DNA from: a virus | Taxonomy: Duplodnaviria; Caudoviricetes | Virus record (IMG/VR): IMGVR_UViG_3300047547_000066 | Location: 1 to 58,846 of that record | DNA: 58,846 nucleotides | Strand: one strand, 5' to 3' | Shown here: one piece after another, positions 17,861 through 25,297 of the stretch | How positions within the stretch are numbered: the first letter of the stretch is position 1 | Layout of the letters: every line of letters begins with the position of its first letter | Made by a program: the position numbers and the translations under genes | The notes under the pieces: generated by a model | Told to the model about the DNA's origin: nothing | What the model saw: only the letters and a program-made list of their open reading frames with translations | Database searches by the model: none

Positions 17861-18181
17861 TTAAAAAGCAATATCATCGTCCCAACAATCAGGAGCAACA
17901 AATTGTTTTGTCTCAGGTGCTACATAATCAGGATTGGAAAAATTATTAAAAACATCTTGATAGTCTCCACGCAACCGGTCTTGGTTCTGTGTGAGTATAC
18001 TGTAGCGTGTTAGGTCAGAAAAGTGACCTGTAGGAGCACCATACACAGTAATGTACCCATTCTGGAATTTACCATTCCATGCCCCATTAATGACATAGAA
18101 GTTAAAGCTGTCTTGATTATCCAGATTGTCTACTTTCACCAACAACGACGGACGACCTTCTATACCAAGCATTGCCCTCAT
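17861..18181 (-). CDS. Hypothetical protein with acidic C-terminal tail
   Basis: Likely start MRAMLG; ends WDDDIAF. Confidence 0.6.
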   Translation of the reverse strand: MRAMLGIEGRPSLLVKVDNLDNQDSFNFYVINGAWNGKFQNGYITVYGAPTGHFSDLTRYSILTQNQDRLRGDYQDVFNNFSNPDYVAPETKQFVAPDCWDDDIAF

Positions 18182-18312
18182 TTTGCCCTCACACAACGGA
18201 AGTTCTCTACTTTCAAACCAAGCGCGGCGGTCAGCCACTCATCGCGCTCTGCCTCTTGCTTTGCAAGGATGGCGTCTTTTTGTGCTTTCAAAAACTCATA
18301 AGTGTCAGTCAT
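18178..18312 (-). CDS. 44-aa chimeric small ORF
   Basis: MTDTYEFLKAQKDAILAKQEAERDEWLTAALGLKVENFRCVRAK, ATGA-coupled on both sides; C-terminus shared with 11602..11805. Confidence 0.5.
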   Translation of the reverse strand: MTDTYEFLKAQKDAILAKQEAERDEWLTAALGLKVENFRCVRAK

Positions 18313-18698
18313 TTCATTCTCTTTCCAATACATGCTGCTGCACGGACGATTGCGCGGCGAGTGACCATGAAACGGTCTTCACCGGGTTTGTACCACTCGA
18401 CATAGATAGGATCGTCGTCTGTTTCGCGCCAGATTTCGACCATACCGAGTGTAGGATGTTCTCCATCAAGACCATCACTATCGGTTGGGGCAAAATCGTT
18501 TACCCAAAACCGCAGACTCACAGCCAGCCGAAACGCATCTCCGTCGTCACCTAACGGATTCCAGATAATGTGAGTATTGCTGTCTTGATGCTTCCAGTAA
18601 TCCGGTGCAATAAACTCACATCCATCTGGTATTTCAATCCCAGCAGCTTTTGCAGCCAGTTCAAGTAGTTCACGATCAGTCATGTTTGGTGTTAGCAT
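18309..18698 (-). CDS. Hypothetical protein (paralog of 12995..13375)
   Basis: DRELLELAAKAAG...WNPLGDDGDAFRLA...RRAIVRAAA. Confidence 0.7.
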   Translation of the reverse strand: MLTPNMTDRELLELAAKAAGIEIPDGCEFIAPDYWKHQDSNTHIIWNPLGDDGDAFRLAVSLRFWVNDFAPTDSDGLDGEHPTLGMVEIWRETDDDPIYVEWYKPGEDRFMVTRRAIVRAAACIGKRMK

Positions 18699-18723
18699 GT
18701 TATTTCTTCATTAATAATCGCAG

Positions 18724-18752
18724 ATTATACAAGCATAAGTCGGAAATGTCAA
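18724..18752 (-). promoter_or_regulatory. sigma70-like early promoter
   Basis: TTGACA-17nt-TATAAT. Confidence 0.75.
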
Positions 18753-18946
18753 CAAAAGAATAATGTTTGATTTTTGATTGGTAGCCAAAATTCACCATAA
18801 AATCTCTGGGTTTGTTGATAGGTTTCTAACCAGACAACATATTCCACATTATCGTTGTCTGTTGTCGTAACAGGAAACCAAGCAAACTTCCGTTTGTAAC
18901 GAATATCTCCAATAGCAGCTTCATCCTTTGTTTTGCGCCACCTCAC
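18749..18946 (-). CDS. Hypothetical protein
   Basis: 65-aa ORF with KRKFAWFPV...VWLETY. Confidence 0.6.
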   Translation of the reverse strand: MRWRKTKDEAAIGDIRYKRKFAWFPVTTTDNDNVEYVVWLETYQQTQRFYGEFWLPIKNQTLFFC

Positions 18947-19173
18947 AATTTAACTCCAAAATGTTCTTCAACTGCATCAGCAATCATATTAGATTCCAGT
19001 TCAATATCTTCAAGAATTCCGACACGGTTGATTCGACGGACACATTCCTTAATCAACAAATGAGTAAATGCTCTGAATTCTGGCTCATCCCAATGCCCAA
19101 CACCAAACATATCCGGTTCATAACCAGCCTGTTGAGCAAGTTCTTTGATCAGATTGTAGTGGTGCGAATTCAT
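18943..19173 (-). CDS. MNER/FAELI paralog family protein
   Basis: LIKELAQQA...RAFTHLLIKEC...EHFGVK. Confidence 0.75.
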   Translation of the reverse strand: MNSHHYNLIKELAQQAGYEPDMFGVGHWDEPEFRAFTHLLIKECVRRINRVGILEDIELESNMIADAVEEHFGVKL

Positions 19174-19433
19174 TTTCCGGTTGCTTTAGCTATGGCTGCG
19201 CTGGCATTTTCAGCAAGAGAACGCTTGTGCGGTGGCAACTGATCCCATGCCAATCCACGAAAGATTTCTTTCAGTGCCTCTAGCAACTCTGGTGCTGCTG
19301 CAATCAACTTAGCATCTTCATCTGAAGGCTCATCGAGAAAAGTTGCTACAACTTCACCTGCACTGCTGATTAGTTCGCCACAATAGCCTTCAACAAATTC
19401 ATATCTCCATGTACCTTGCGTATAGTTACTCAT
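19170..19433 (-). CDS. Conserved small phage protein (DAKLIAAAPELLEAL type)
   Basis: YTQGTW...AKLIAAAPELLEALK...AAIAKATG; start refined to MSNY. Confidence 0.75.
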   Translation of the reverse strand: MSNYTQGTWRYEFVEGYCGELISSAGEVVATFLDEPSDEDAKLIAAAPELLEALKEIFRGLAWDQLPPHKRSLAENASAAIAKATGK

Positions 19434-19710
19434 TGTTTTTCCTTTCTTGGATGCGCCTTGCTCGGATGTCGGCTGCTGCGTTGCGGAGCGTTTCTGTCCC
19501 TTCATCGTCATACCACTCCACAATGCGAACATCGCGCTCCCAGTCATCGCGCCAACTGAGGACGCCTCTAACTGGCGCACTCGACCCCCAAGGCCCAAGC
19601 GGGATGCCTGCACTTTCTAATTGCCGCCGGACGGCGAACTGAAACATGGCTTCGGATCTTGTTGTGGCGACCAGATGGTGTATATCAAGTTCAACGCGGA
19701 TCATACACAC
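19426..19710 (-). CDS. Hypothetical protein
   Basis: 94-aa GC-rich ORF. Confidence 0.55.
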   Translation of the reverse strand: MCMIRVELDIHHLVATTRSEAMFQFAVRRQLESAGIPLGPWGSSAPVRGVLSWRDDWERDVRIVEWYDDEGTETLRNAAADIRARRIQERKNNE

Positions 19711-19719
19711 CTCACTTGG

Positions 19720-20091
19720 CTAGAGCGCAAACCCAGATTTGGCGCAGTCGGTGTAGTAGTCCGTTATGGCTCGATCACGAGGGTCAAAGCCACCGTCGCT
19801 CATAATGTCTGTATAGATCATCTTATCGGCTTGAGCTGCGCTCCTTGCTCGGATGGCGGCGGCGATGGCCTCGGCGTGGACGTTGTATCCAATCCATCGG
19901 GCCTGTTTCTCCGCATCGACAGCGCAAGCCTCCCGCTCGGCTGCTGCAATCTGTCTAGCAAATTCCAAAATGTTATGAAGTTCATCCACCTCAGGGTCGG
20001 TAAGAGCATCTTGGTTTTTGTAATGACGAAGCAGAACTGCACTTCGCAATCCTACATCTGCTGCTATTTTAAATACTTCTTCAGTTTTCAT
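19720..20091 (-). CDS. Hypothetical protein (AAAEREACA...IAAAIRAR type)
   Basis: LEFARQIAAAEREACA motif related to the central block of the paralog family. Confidence 0.6.
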   Translation of the reverse strand: MKTEEVFKIAADVGLRSAVLLRHYKNQDALTDPEVDELHNILEFARQIAAAEREACAVDAEKQARWIGYNVHAEAIAAAIRARSAAQADKMIYTDIMSDGGFDPRDRAITDYYTDCAKSGFAL

Positions 20092-20284
20092 ATGTGACCT
20101 TGTTGCTATCAACCCAGACAAACCCTAACAGAAGGTGACACATTACTCGGTGCAACCAAATTGGTTTATTTTTAAACCAAATTTGCAATCCATTATCGCC
20201 ACCAATCTGGTAGCCTCCTGCAAATACTGGGTTAGCAATTCTGGTAGAAATGTTTTCAGTATTAGTTTCTTTAACAAGCATCAC
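20081..20284 (-). CDS. Hypothetical protein
   Basis: 67-aa ORF starting MMLVK. Confidence 0.6.
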   Translation of the reverse strand: MMLVKETNTENISTRIANPVFAGGYQIGGDNGLQIWFKNKPIWLHRVMCHLLLGFVWVDSNKVTYEN

Positions 20285-20529
20285 TTAACTCCGAAATGTT
20301 CTTTGATTGCAATCCTTCGTTGATTATATTCGCAACACGATCAAGGTTTTCGTATTTTGTAATACCTTCTGGTACAGGTACATAGAATTTCTCACCATCT
20401 TTCATGAATATAATAGTATCTGTGTTGGTGCTTACCACCAAAACCTTTGAGACTTCTTCTGGTGTGATACATAAATTATTACTTACTTTAACAAGCATTA
20501 CTTAACTCCGAAATGTTCTTTGATTGCAA
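20269..20529. repeat. 44-bp direct repeats (20269-20312 and 20486-20529) flanking an inserted gene
   Basis: CTTTAACAAGCAT(C/T)ACTTAACTCCGAAATGTTCTTTGATTGCAA, one mismatch. Confidence 0.9.
20271..20498 (-). CDS. Hypothetical protein bracketed by direct repeats
   Basis: 75-aa ORF starting MLVK inside the repeat. Confidence 0.65.
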   Translation of the reverse strand: MLVKVSNNLCITPEEVSKVLVVSTNTDTIIFMKDGEKFYVPVPEGITKYENLDRVANIINEGLQSKNISELSDAC

Positions 20530-20752
20530 GACCCACTGAAAAACTACCCTCTGCTTGACTGGTGTAACCAGCTGCATTGAATTGGTTTTCATCAATCTGA
20601 GCAAGTATCAGACATTCTTTCACAATCAACTCTGCAAACTTTGACAGTTCATCTTCCCAGCACTCAACAAATGATCTCATTGGAGTTTCTGTAGGATCAT
20701 ATGTAAACTCTATGCCCACTTGTGCAGCAAGTTCTTTAATTCGTTTTTTCAT
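20498..20752 (-). CDS. MNER/FAELI paralog family protein
   Basis: MKKRIKELAAQ...SKFAELIVKEC...EHFGVK. Confidence 0.8.
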   Translation of the reverse strand: MKKRIKELAAQVGIEFTYDPTETPMRSFVECWEDELSKFAELIVKECLILAQIDENQFNAAGYTSQAEGSFSVGLAIKEHFGVK

Positions 20753-20914
20753 TTGTAATCTACCTTTTCTAACATACGGATTGGTGATGCATGACCATCG
20801 GATGACATAACACAGAGCCAGAACCCACTGTGGTAGAGACTCATACCACTGGGAATGTAGCGAACAACAAAACGATCCATCATCTTATTCACCTTTGTTT
20901 CAACCTATGAGTCA

Positions 20915-20943
20915 ATTATAGTTGGTCACTGAATGAATGTCAA
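20915..20943 (-). promoter_or_regulatory. sigma70-like early promoter
   Basis: TTGACA-17nt-TATAAT. Confidence 0.75.
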
Positions 20944-21409
20944 CCAAATCTTCAGATTATTTCTCTGGCTTTGTATGCGGCTGGGGTGCGGTGTAGACCG
21001 GTAAGATGCTGATGGCTGTGTCTGGATAGATGCCAGCAAGCTCTTTGCTGAACTGCCATTCATACGGGCCTTTGACTGTGTGCTGCGACACCCGTGTTGC
21101 AAGGGCTTCTTTTATGGCGATGACTGCCGCTCTCTTTTTAGATGCTGCTCCGCGTTTAATGTACTTGTGCTTCTCAACGCATCTAGCGCCAGCTTCAGCG
21201 TGTCGATGTTATTCTCCGTAGAAGTACAGGCCGTTCTTGATGTGGAGTCGAATCCAGTAGGTAAAGTGACGATTGCCAAACTTGTGACGATACTTCCGCA
21301 TCAGATGATCAGCCATCTTGAATTCGTTGTAATTGATAGCTTCCACTACGCGGTCGACTGCTGTTTTGACTTTCATCATCTACTCCTGTGTGTTGCTGTC
21401 TATGTGTAG

Positions 21410-21438
21410 ATTATATGACCTTTTGACTAATTAGTCAA
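21410..21438 (-). promoter_or_regulatory. sigma70-like early promoter
   Basis: TTGACT-17nt-TATAAT. Confidence 0.7.
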
Positions 21439-21525
21439 CCAGTTGGGTTATCACTCAGAACACCATTGCACCAATGATAGCCACTACGAAACCTGTTAGC
21501 GTAGCTAAAGCCCATTCTGGATTCA

Positions 21526-21795
21526 TCACTCAACTCCGAAATGTTCTAAGATAGCGTCACAGCATTCCATCGATGCAATAGATCCTTCAGACATATCTTT
21601 ATAATTGCGGCTGTATATTCGTTCACATACATCTGAACACTCCCGCACAATCAACTCGGCGAACTTTTCTATATTTCCTTCACCGTAACCCAATCGGTCA
21701 ATTGTACAACCAGCTTGTTCAGCAAGTCGTTTAATCGGCTCGTTTACTTGAATCTGTTCAAGAAATTTTTCAATTCGGGCGAGTCGTTCATTCAT
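21526..21795 (-). CDS. MNER/FAELI paralog family protein
   Basis: MNERLAR...IKRLAEQA...EKFAELIVREC...EHFGVE. Confidence 0.8.
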   Translation of the reverse strand: MNERLARIEKFLEQIQVNEPIKRLAEQAGCTIDRLGYGEGNIEKFAELIVRECSDVCERIYSRNYKDMSEGSIASMECCDAILEHFGVE

Positions 21796-22007
21796 TTTGA
21801 TCCATCCTCTCTCCAGAATTTTTTGCAATCAGGACAGGTAAACTCCGTCCAGTAGCAGTCTGCTGAAGGGTCGTAGTTGCCTGTGCTTGCTCTATGCTTC
21901 TTGTGAACGTTTGGGTGTTCACAAGAGTCCTGCAACTCTTTCAGTTGTTGGTTGTACTTTCGTAGAGCAGATTCTATTCGCTCTCGCTTTTTGGCTACTT
22001 TATTCAT
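21792..22007 (-). CDS. Small Cys/His zinc-binding-like protein (copy 2)
   Basis: CxHP...CPDC; near-identical to 15819..16037. Confidence 0.7.
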   Translation of the reverse strand: MNKVAKKRERIESALRKYNQQLKELQDSCEHPNVHKKHRASTGNYDPSADCYWTEFTCPDCKKFWREDGSK

Positions 22008-22254
22008 CCCGTACCCCTAGCTGCTGCTTCATCAGTTGTTCCTGTTTATTGCTGTCTATGCGTGTATTATCAGTCGTTTTGGGCATCCTGCAAGTGTGAT
22101 ACGTCTTCATGGTCTGCACATACTTGCCACCGGCCTGCTCACAACGTTCCTTCTCAGAGGTCAAGCTAGGATTGCTGGTAATGCCCACGAAGACCAGGAT
22201 CAGGAACACTACCAAACCGGGCCAACCGAGTACGACGTCATACACTTTGTTCAT
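22000..22254 (-). CDS. Membrane-anchored small protein
   Basis: N-terminal TM followed by CEQAGGKY...C. Confidence 0.6.
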   Translation of the reverse strand: MNKVYDVVLGWPGLVVFLILVFVGITSNPSLTSEKERCEQAGGKYVQTMKTYHTCRMPKTTDNTRIDSNKQEQLMKQQLGVRDE

Positions 22255-22444
22255 GTCTTTTCTCCTGCCCGTGCGATGTCAGCCTTGGTTGTCTGCCTCA
22301 CAGCGATTGCGTTGCCCTTCCATACAGCCCATGCGTCACGCAAGCGAATACGCCAGTAGAGCGGTGGATATGACAGTGCAGGCTCCCAGTGCTTGCCATC
22401 TGGCGATGACTGATTTGGGTTTTGCAGTAAGTCTTTGATGGTCA

Positions 22445-22675
22445 TCATGTCTTTTCTCCTGTCCGTGCGATGGCGGCTCGGGCAATGTCGCAGCACTGTC
22501 GTGCATCTGGGCCAGTATTGGCTATTAAATCTAGCGCTTCGCGCAGCGCCTCGTTCTCAACATGAAGCCTGCGGAGTTCTGTGGCGGCTTTCATGTGTTG
22601 CTCGCCGTAGAACTTCCATGACCGTTCAAGCCAGTCAGCCGACGCAATCGCTAGCGGTTTTTCAGTCTTATTCAT
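22445..22675 (-). CDS. Hypothetical protein (N-terminal paralog of 10270..10728)
   Basis: KPLAIASADWLE...AATELRRLH. Confidence 0.6.
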   Translation of the reverse strand: MNKTEKPLAIASADWLERSWKFYGEQHMKAATELRRLHVENEALREALDLIANTGPDARQCCDIARAAIARTGEKT

Positions 22676-22717
22676 GTCATACCTTCTTTCTTTCGTTTAT
22701 TCCTGAGTTCTTCATTG

Positions 22718-22924
22718 TCAAACAAAATCGTAGGAAGTTTCGGACTGACCAGCCTTACCGAAGATAATTCCGAGGCTCTGGTTGTTGACTGCTAGCGCAT
22801 TGTATACCTTGACAGCAATCTCGCTATCTTCGGTTTCCAAAAACATAGTTCCGTTGAAGAAGTAAGCCCTCTTGTTGGTAACGCTCTTAACGATTTCCAA
22901 ACAACGCTGTTCAAAGCCCATCAT
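22718..22924 (-). CDS. Hypothetical protein
   Basis: ORF with AAAGGA SD directly after a promoter. Confidence 0.6.
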   Translation of the reverse strand: MMGFEQRCLEIVKSVTNKRAYFFNGTMFLETEDSEIAVKVYNALAVNNQSLGIIFGKAGQSETSYDFV

Positions 22925-22951
22925 AATATATCCTTTGTGTATGATGACTGA

Positions 22952-22979
22952 ATTATACAGAGACAATTCAAAAAGTCAA
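22952..22979 (-). promoter_or_regulatory. sigma70-like early promoter
   Basis: TTGACT-16nt-TATAAT. Confidence 0.6.
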
Positions 22980-23010
22980 CAGATACAGAAAGAAAATTTA
23001 AAACATTGAA

Positions 23011-23085
23011 TGGTGGGATCGATCAGAGTCGAACTGATATCTGCGCCATTATGAGTAGCGAGTCTTGCCTTTAGACGACAATCCC
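23011..23085 (-). tRNA. tRNA-Met/Ile2 (CAT)
   Basis: Cloverleaf with GGGATTG/CGATCCC acceptor, CTCATAA loop, TTCGACT T loop and encoded CCA. Confidence 0.85.
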
Positions 23086-23093
23086 TAATAATT

Positions 23094-23168
23094 TGGTCCG
23101 GGATGAGAGAATCGAACTCCCATTAAGGGCTTAGAAGACCCCTGTATTATCCATTATACGAATCCCGG
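23094..23168 (-). tRNA. tRNA-Arg (TCT)
   Basis: Cloverleaf, CTTCTAA loop, encoded CCA. Confidence 0.9.
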
Positions 23169-23370
23169 TAATTTTATTTCTAAACTAAATGATTGCCTAC
23201 TTCGATTGCATTCTTTCGGCACAGTAAGAGATTGTCGCATACAGAATCTATGCACTCTTTTTAAACACTACGGAAATCGAATCCGTACATATAAGGAATA
23301 AGAACTTCGAATGGATTCAGCACTCTGTATTCAACCCCATGGTACCAACCTGTTTGACTGTTTTTAATCA

Positions 23371-23565
23371 TCAATTATAACAGTCTTTCATTTTCAAATT
23401 CTTTGCACTCAACTCAAATTTTTGAGTAGTCAAATCTTCACGCACACATTTAATTTTTCCAGTTTTCACATTTTTGCCAACTATCAACACATTTATGCCA
23501 TTTGCCCATTTGTGTTTGAAATTTTGTATTACGTAGCTTTTGACGTTGGTAGTTTCTGTGTTCAT
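23371..23565 (-). CDS. Hypothetical protein within the tRNA cluster
   Basis: 64-aa ORF. Confidence 0.5.
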   Translation of the reverse strand: MNTETTNVKSYVIQNFKHKWANGINVLIVGKNVKTGKIKCVREDLTTQKFELSAKNLKMKDCYN

Positions 23566-23618
23566 GTATCAATTATAACATGATATACATCAATTGTCTA
23601 CACAGTTTAAGATTTTTT

Positions 23619-23693
23619 TGCTCCCCGACTTGGATTTACACCAAGATCTACAGTTTATCAGGTCTGTTGCTCTACTAACTGAGCTATCGAGGA
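23619..23693 (-). pseudogene. Degenerate tRNA-Asn paralog with GAT-containing enlarged anticodon loop
   Basis: Acceptor and D arm nearly identical to the adjacent tRNA-Asn; altered anticodon arm, T loop GGTGTAAATCC, no CCA. Confidence 0.65.
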
Positions 23694-23705
23694 ATATCAT
23701 AAAAT

Positions 23706-23781
23706 TGGCTCCTCGACCTGGGCTCGAACCAGGGACCTACGGATTAACAGTCCGTTGCTCTACCAACTGAGCTATCGAGGA
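23706..23781 (-). tRNA. tRNA-Asn (GTT)
   Basis: Canonical cloverleaf, CTGTTAA loop, encoded CCA. Confidence 0.95.
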
Positions 23782-23784
23782 ATA

Positions 23785-23857
23785 TGCTACTTGTAGGATT
23801 TGAACCCACGACCTACGCATTACAAGTGCGTTGCTCCGCCATCTGAGCTAAAGTAGC
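23785..23857 (-). tRNA. tRNA-Thr (TGT)
   Basis: Canonical cloverleaf, CTTGTAA loop; CCA not encoded. Confidence 0.9.
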
Positions 23858-23871
23858 GTTTCTTGTGTATA

Positions 23872-24222
23872 TTATACCATAGTTTTCTTGGAAGAACTGA
23901 TATTGGTAAAATATTTTAAAACATCATGCCAAAAACCAGACCCTGCTGATACCAACAATCCAACAATAACAGGTGACAAAAAAGCATTGAAGTTTGCATC
24001 AATTAACTCAATGTGATTTGAGTTGTTAATGCTGTACATTATAGCACCTGTTACCATTGCTAGAACTTGGTATACAAATTTGCGCTTAGATGCGTCTGGT
24101 AGTTTATCATCTAATTGAAATCCATTTATGATGATTTCATTAGAACGTTCAACTGCAACAGAAATAATACCAATGACAGTAGCTAAATGAATAATGCTTG
24201 ATAAATCCATCTCAGATTCCAA
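23872..24222 (-). CDS. Membrane protein, possible holin
   Basis: Three hydrophobic segments, GLLVSAGSGFWHD motif, basic C-terminus. Confidence 0.55.
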   Translation of the reverse strand: MESEMDLSSIIHLATVIGIISVAVERSNEIIINGFQLDDKLPDASKRKFVYQVLAMVTGAIMYSINNSNHIELIDANFNAFLSPVIVGLLVSAGSGFWHDVLKYFTNISSSKKTMV

Positions 24223-24622
24223 AATATTGTTTAAGTGTTCGTGTCATTGATTTAGCCATATAATGTTCTATATCTGAAATATGTATCCATTTATATCTAT
24301 CAATTTCGGGTAAAAGAATTCCATTTTTATAGTATGTTGAAGAACAGCTGCACAAACGCATATCAATAGTATCAACACACCATTTGTATAGATGCAATGA
24401 TTTCACAACATTGTATTCAAACATCCCCAAATCAATTAACTCTGATCTAGGTACATCTATATTGAATTCTTCCGATGTTTCCCTGATTGCACATTCTATA
24501 TGACTTTCATTGTGTTCAACTGTACCCTTTGGTATATCCCAATGAGTATTACCACTTGAATGTCCTATCAAAATATTATGGTTAGAATCAACAATCAAAA
24601 TCCCACATGACACAGTTTTCAT
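24212..24622 (-). CDS. nudE: NUDIX hydrolase (T4 NudE-like)
   Basis: Nudix box PKGTVEHNESHIECAIRETSEE. Confidence 0.85.
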   Translation of the reverse strand: MKTVSCGILIVDSNHNILIGHSSGNTHWDIPKGTVEHNESHIECAIRETSEEFNIDVPRSELIDLGMFEYNVVKSLHLYKWCVDTIDMRLCSCSSTYYKNGILLPEIDRYKWIHISDIEHYMAKSMTRTLKQYFGI

Positions 24623-24957
24623 ATTTTATATGTTTTAGCATACAATGCTTCAACCAACTGCTGGTTTACATTGTTATTTTCTACAAATATTTCAGCTAAC
24701 CATCGACCATATTTATCCGGTCTATAAGTTTTCAATGTAACATTTTTATTTAGCACCATGGATTGTAGCTGAGTTTTCGATAGGTTAGCAGCAACTCTTT
24801 CTTCAGCAACAACTGACCGCAATTCTGGAGTATCTATACCATACAACCTGAACCTGATCTTGCTTTGAATGTTAAAACCAAGATCAACAAGAGCATCAAT
24901 GGTGTCACCATCAACTACATTTGTTATTACTGCGTTGTATCTGTACAGAGGATTCAT
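24619..24957 (-). CDS. Staphylococcal nuclease (SNase)-like protein
   Basis: VVDGDT, RLYGIDTPE and DKYGRWLA motifs. Confidence 0.9.
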   Translation of the reverse strand: MNPLYRYNAVITNVVDGDTIDALVDLGFNIQSKIRFRLYGIDTPELRSVVAEERVAANLSKTQLQSMVLNKNVTLKTYRPDKYGRWLAEIFVENNNVNQQLVEALYAKTYKI

Positions 24958-25263
24958 TTAAATTGCGCCTGAGCTCTTTGTGATGTATCCATTGCCGGAA
25001 GCAAGGACACATCCTACATTGTTTTCTGAATCAATTCCAATCAATGTCCATGTTTGTGTCTTATGATTAGCAAACATAACATATGATAGTTTCAATTTTA
25101 CGTTTTGACCAATAACGATTGGTGTCTCTGAATATTGGGACAGACCCTTTCGGATTGAACTAATATCCAAGCATTCAACTTCTATATTGACTGTTTCGGC
25201 ATTTGTAATGCTTGGAATACATGCACTAATAGCCAAAACACCTGCAATAATACCACGTTTCAT
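24958..25263 (-). CDS. Secreted/periplasmic hypothetical protein
   Basis: N-terminal signal peptide; TWTL...CVLASG. Confidence 0.65.
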   Translation of the reverse strand: MKRGIIAGVLAISACIPSITNAETVNIEVECLDISSIRKGLSQYSETPIVIGQNVKLKLSYVMFANHKTQTWTLIGIDSENNVGCVLASGNGYITKSSGAI

Positions 25264-25297
25264 ATCATTCTCCAGTTATAAACACCAGTATACGATA

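Noticed and set aside
12732-21828. Diversity-generating retroelement as the source of paralog variation
   Set aside because: No reverse transcriptase in the window and no template/variable repeat pair with adenine-specific differences; variable segments are unrelated in length and sequence
12732-21828. Classical integron
   Set aside because: No tyrosine integrase and no attC-like palindromes between genes; the junction repeats are coding direct repeats
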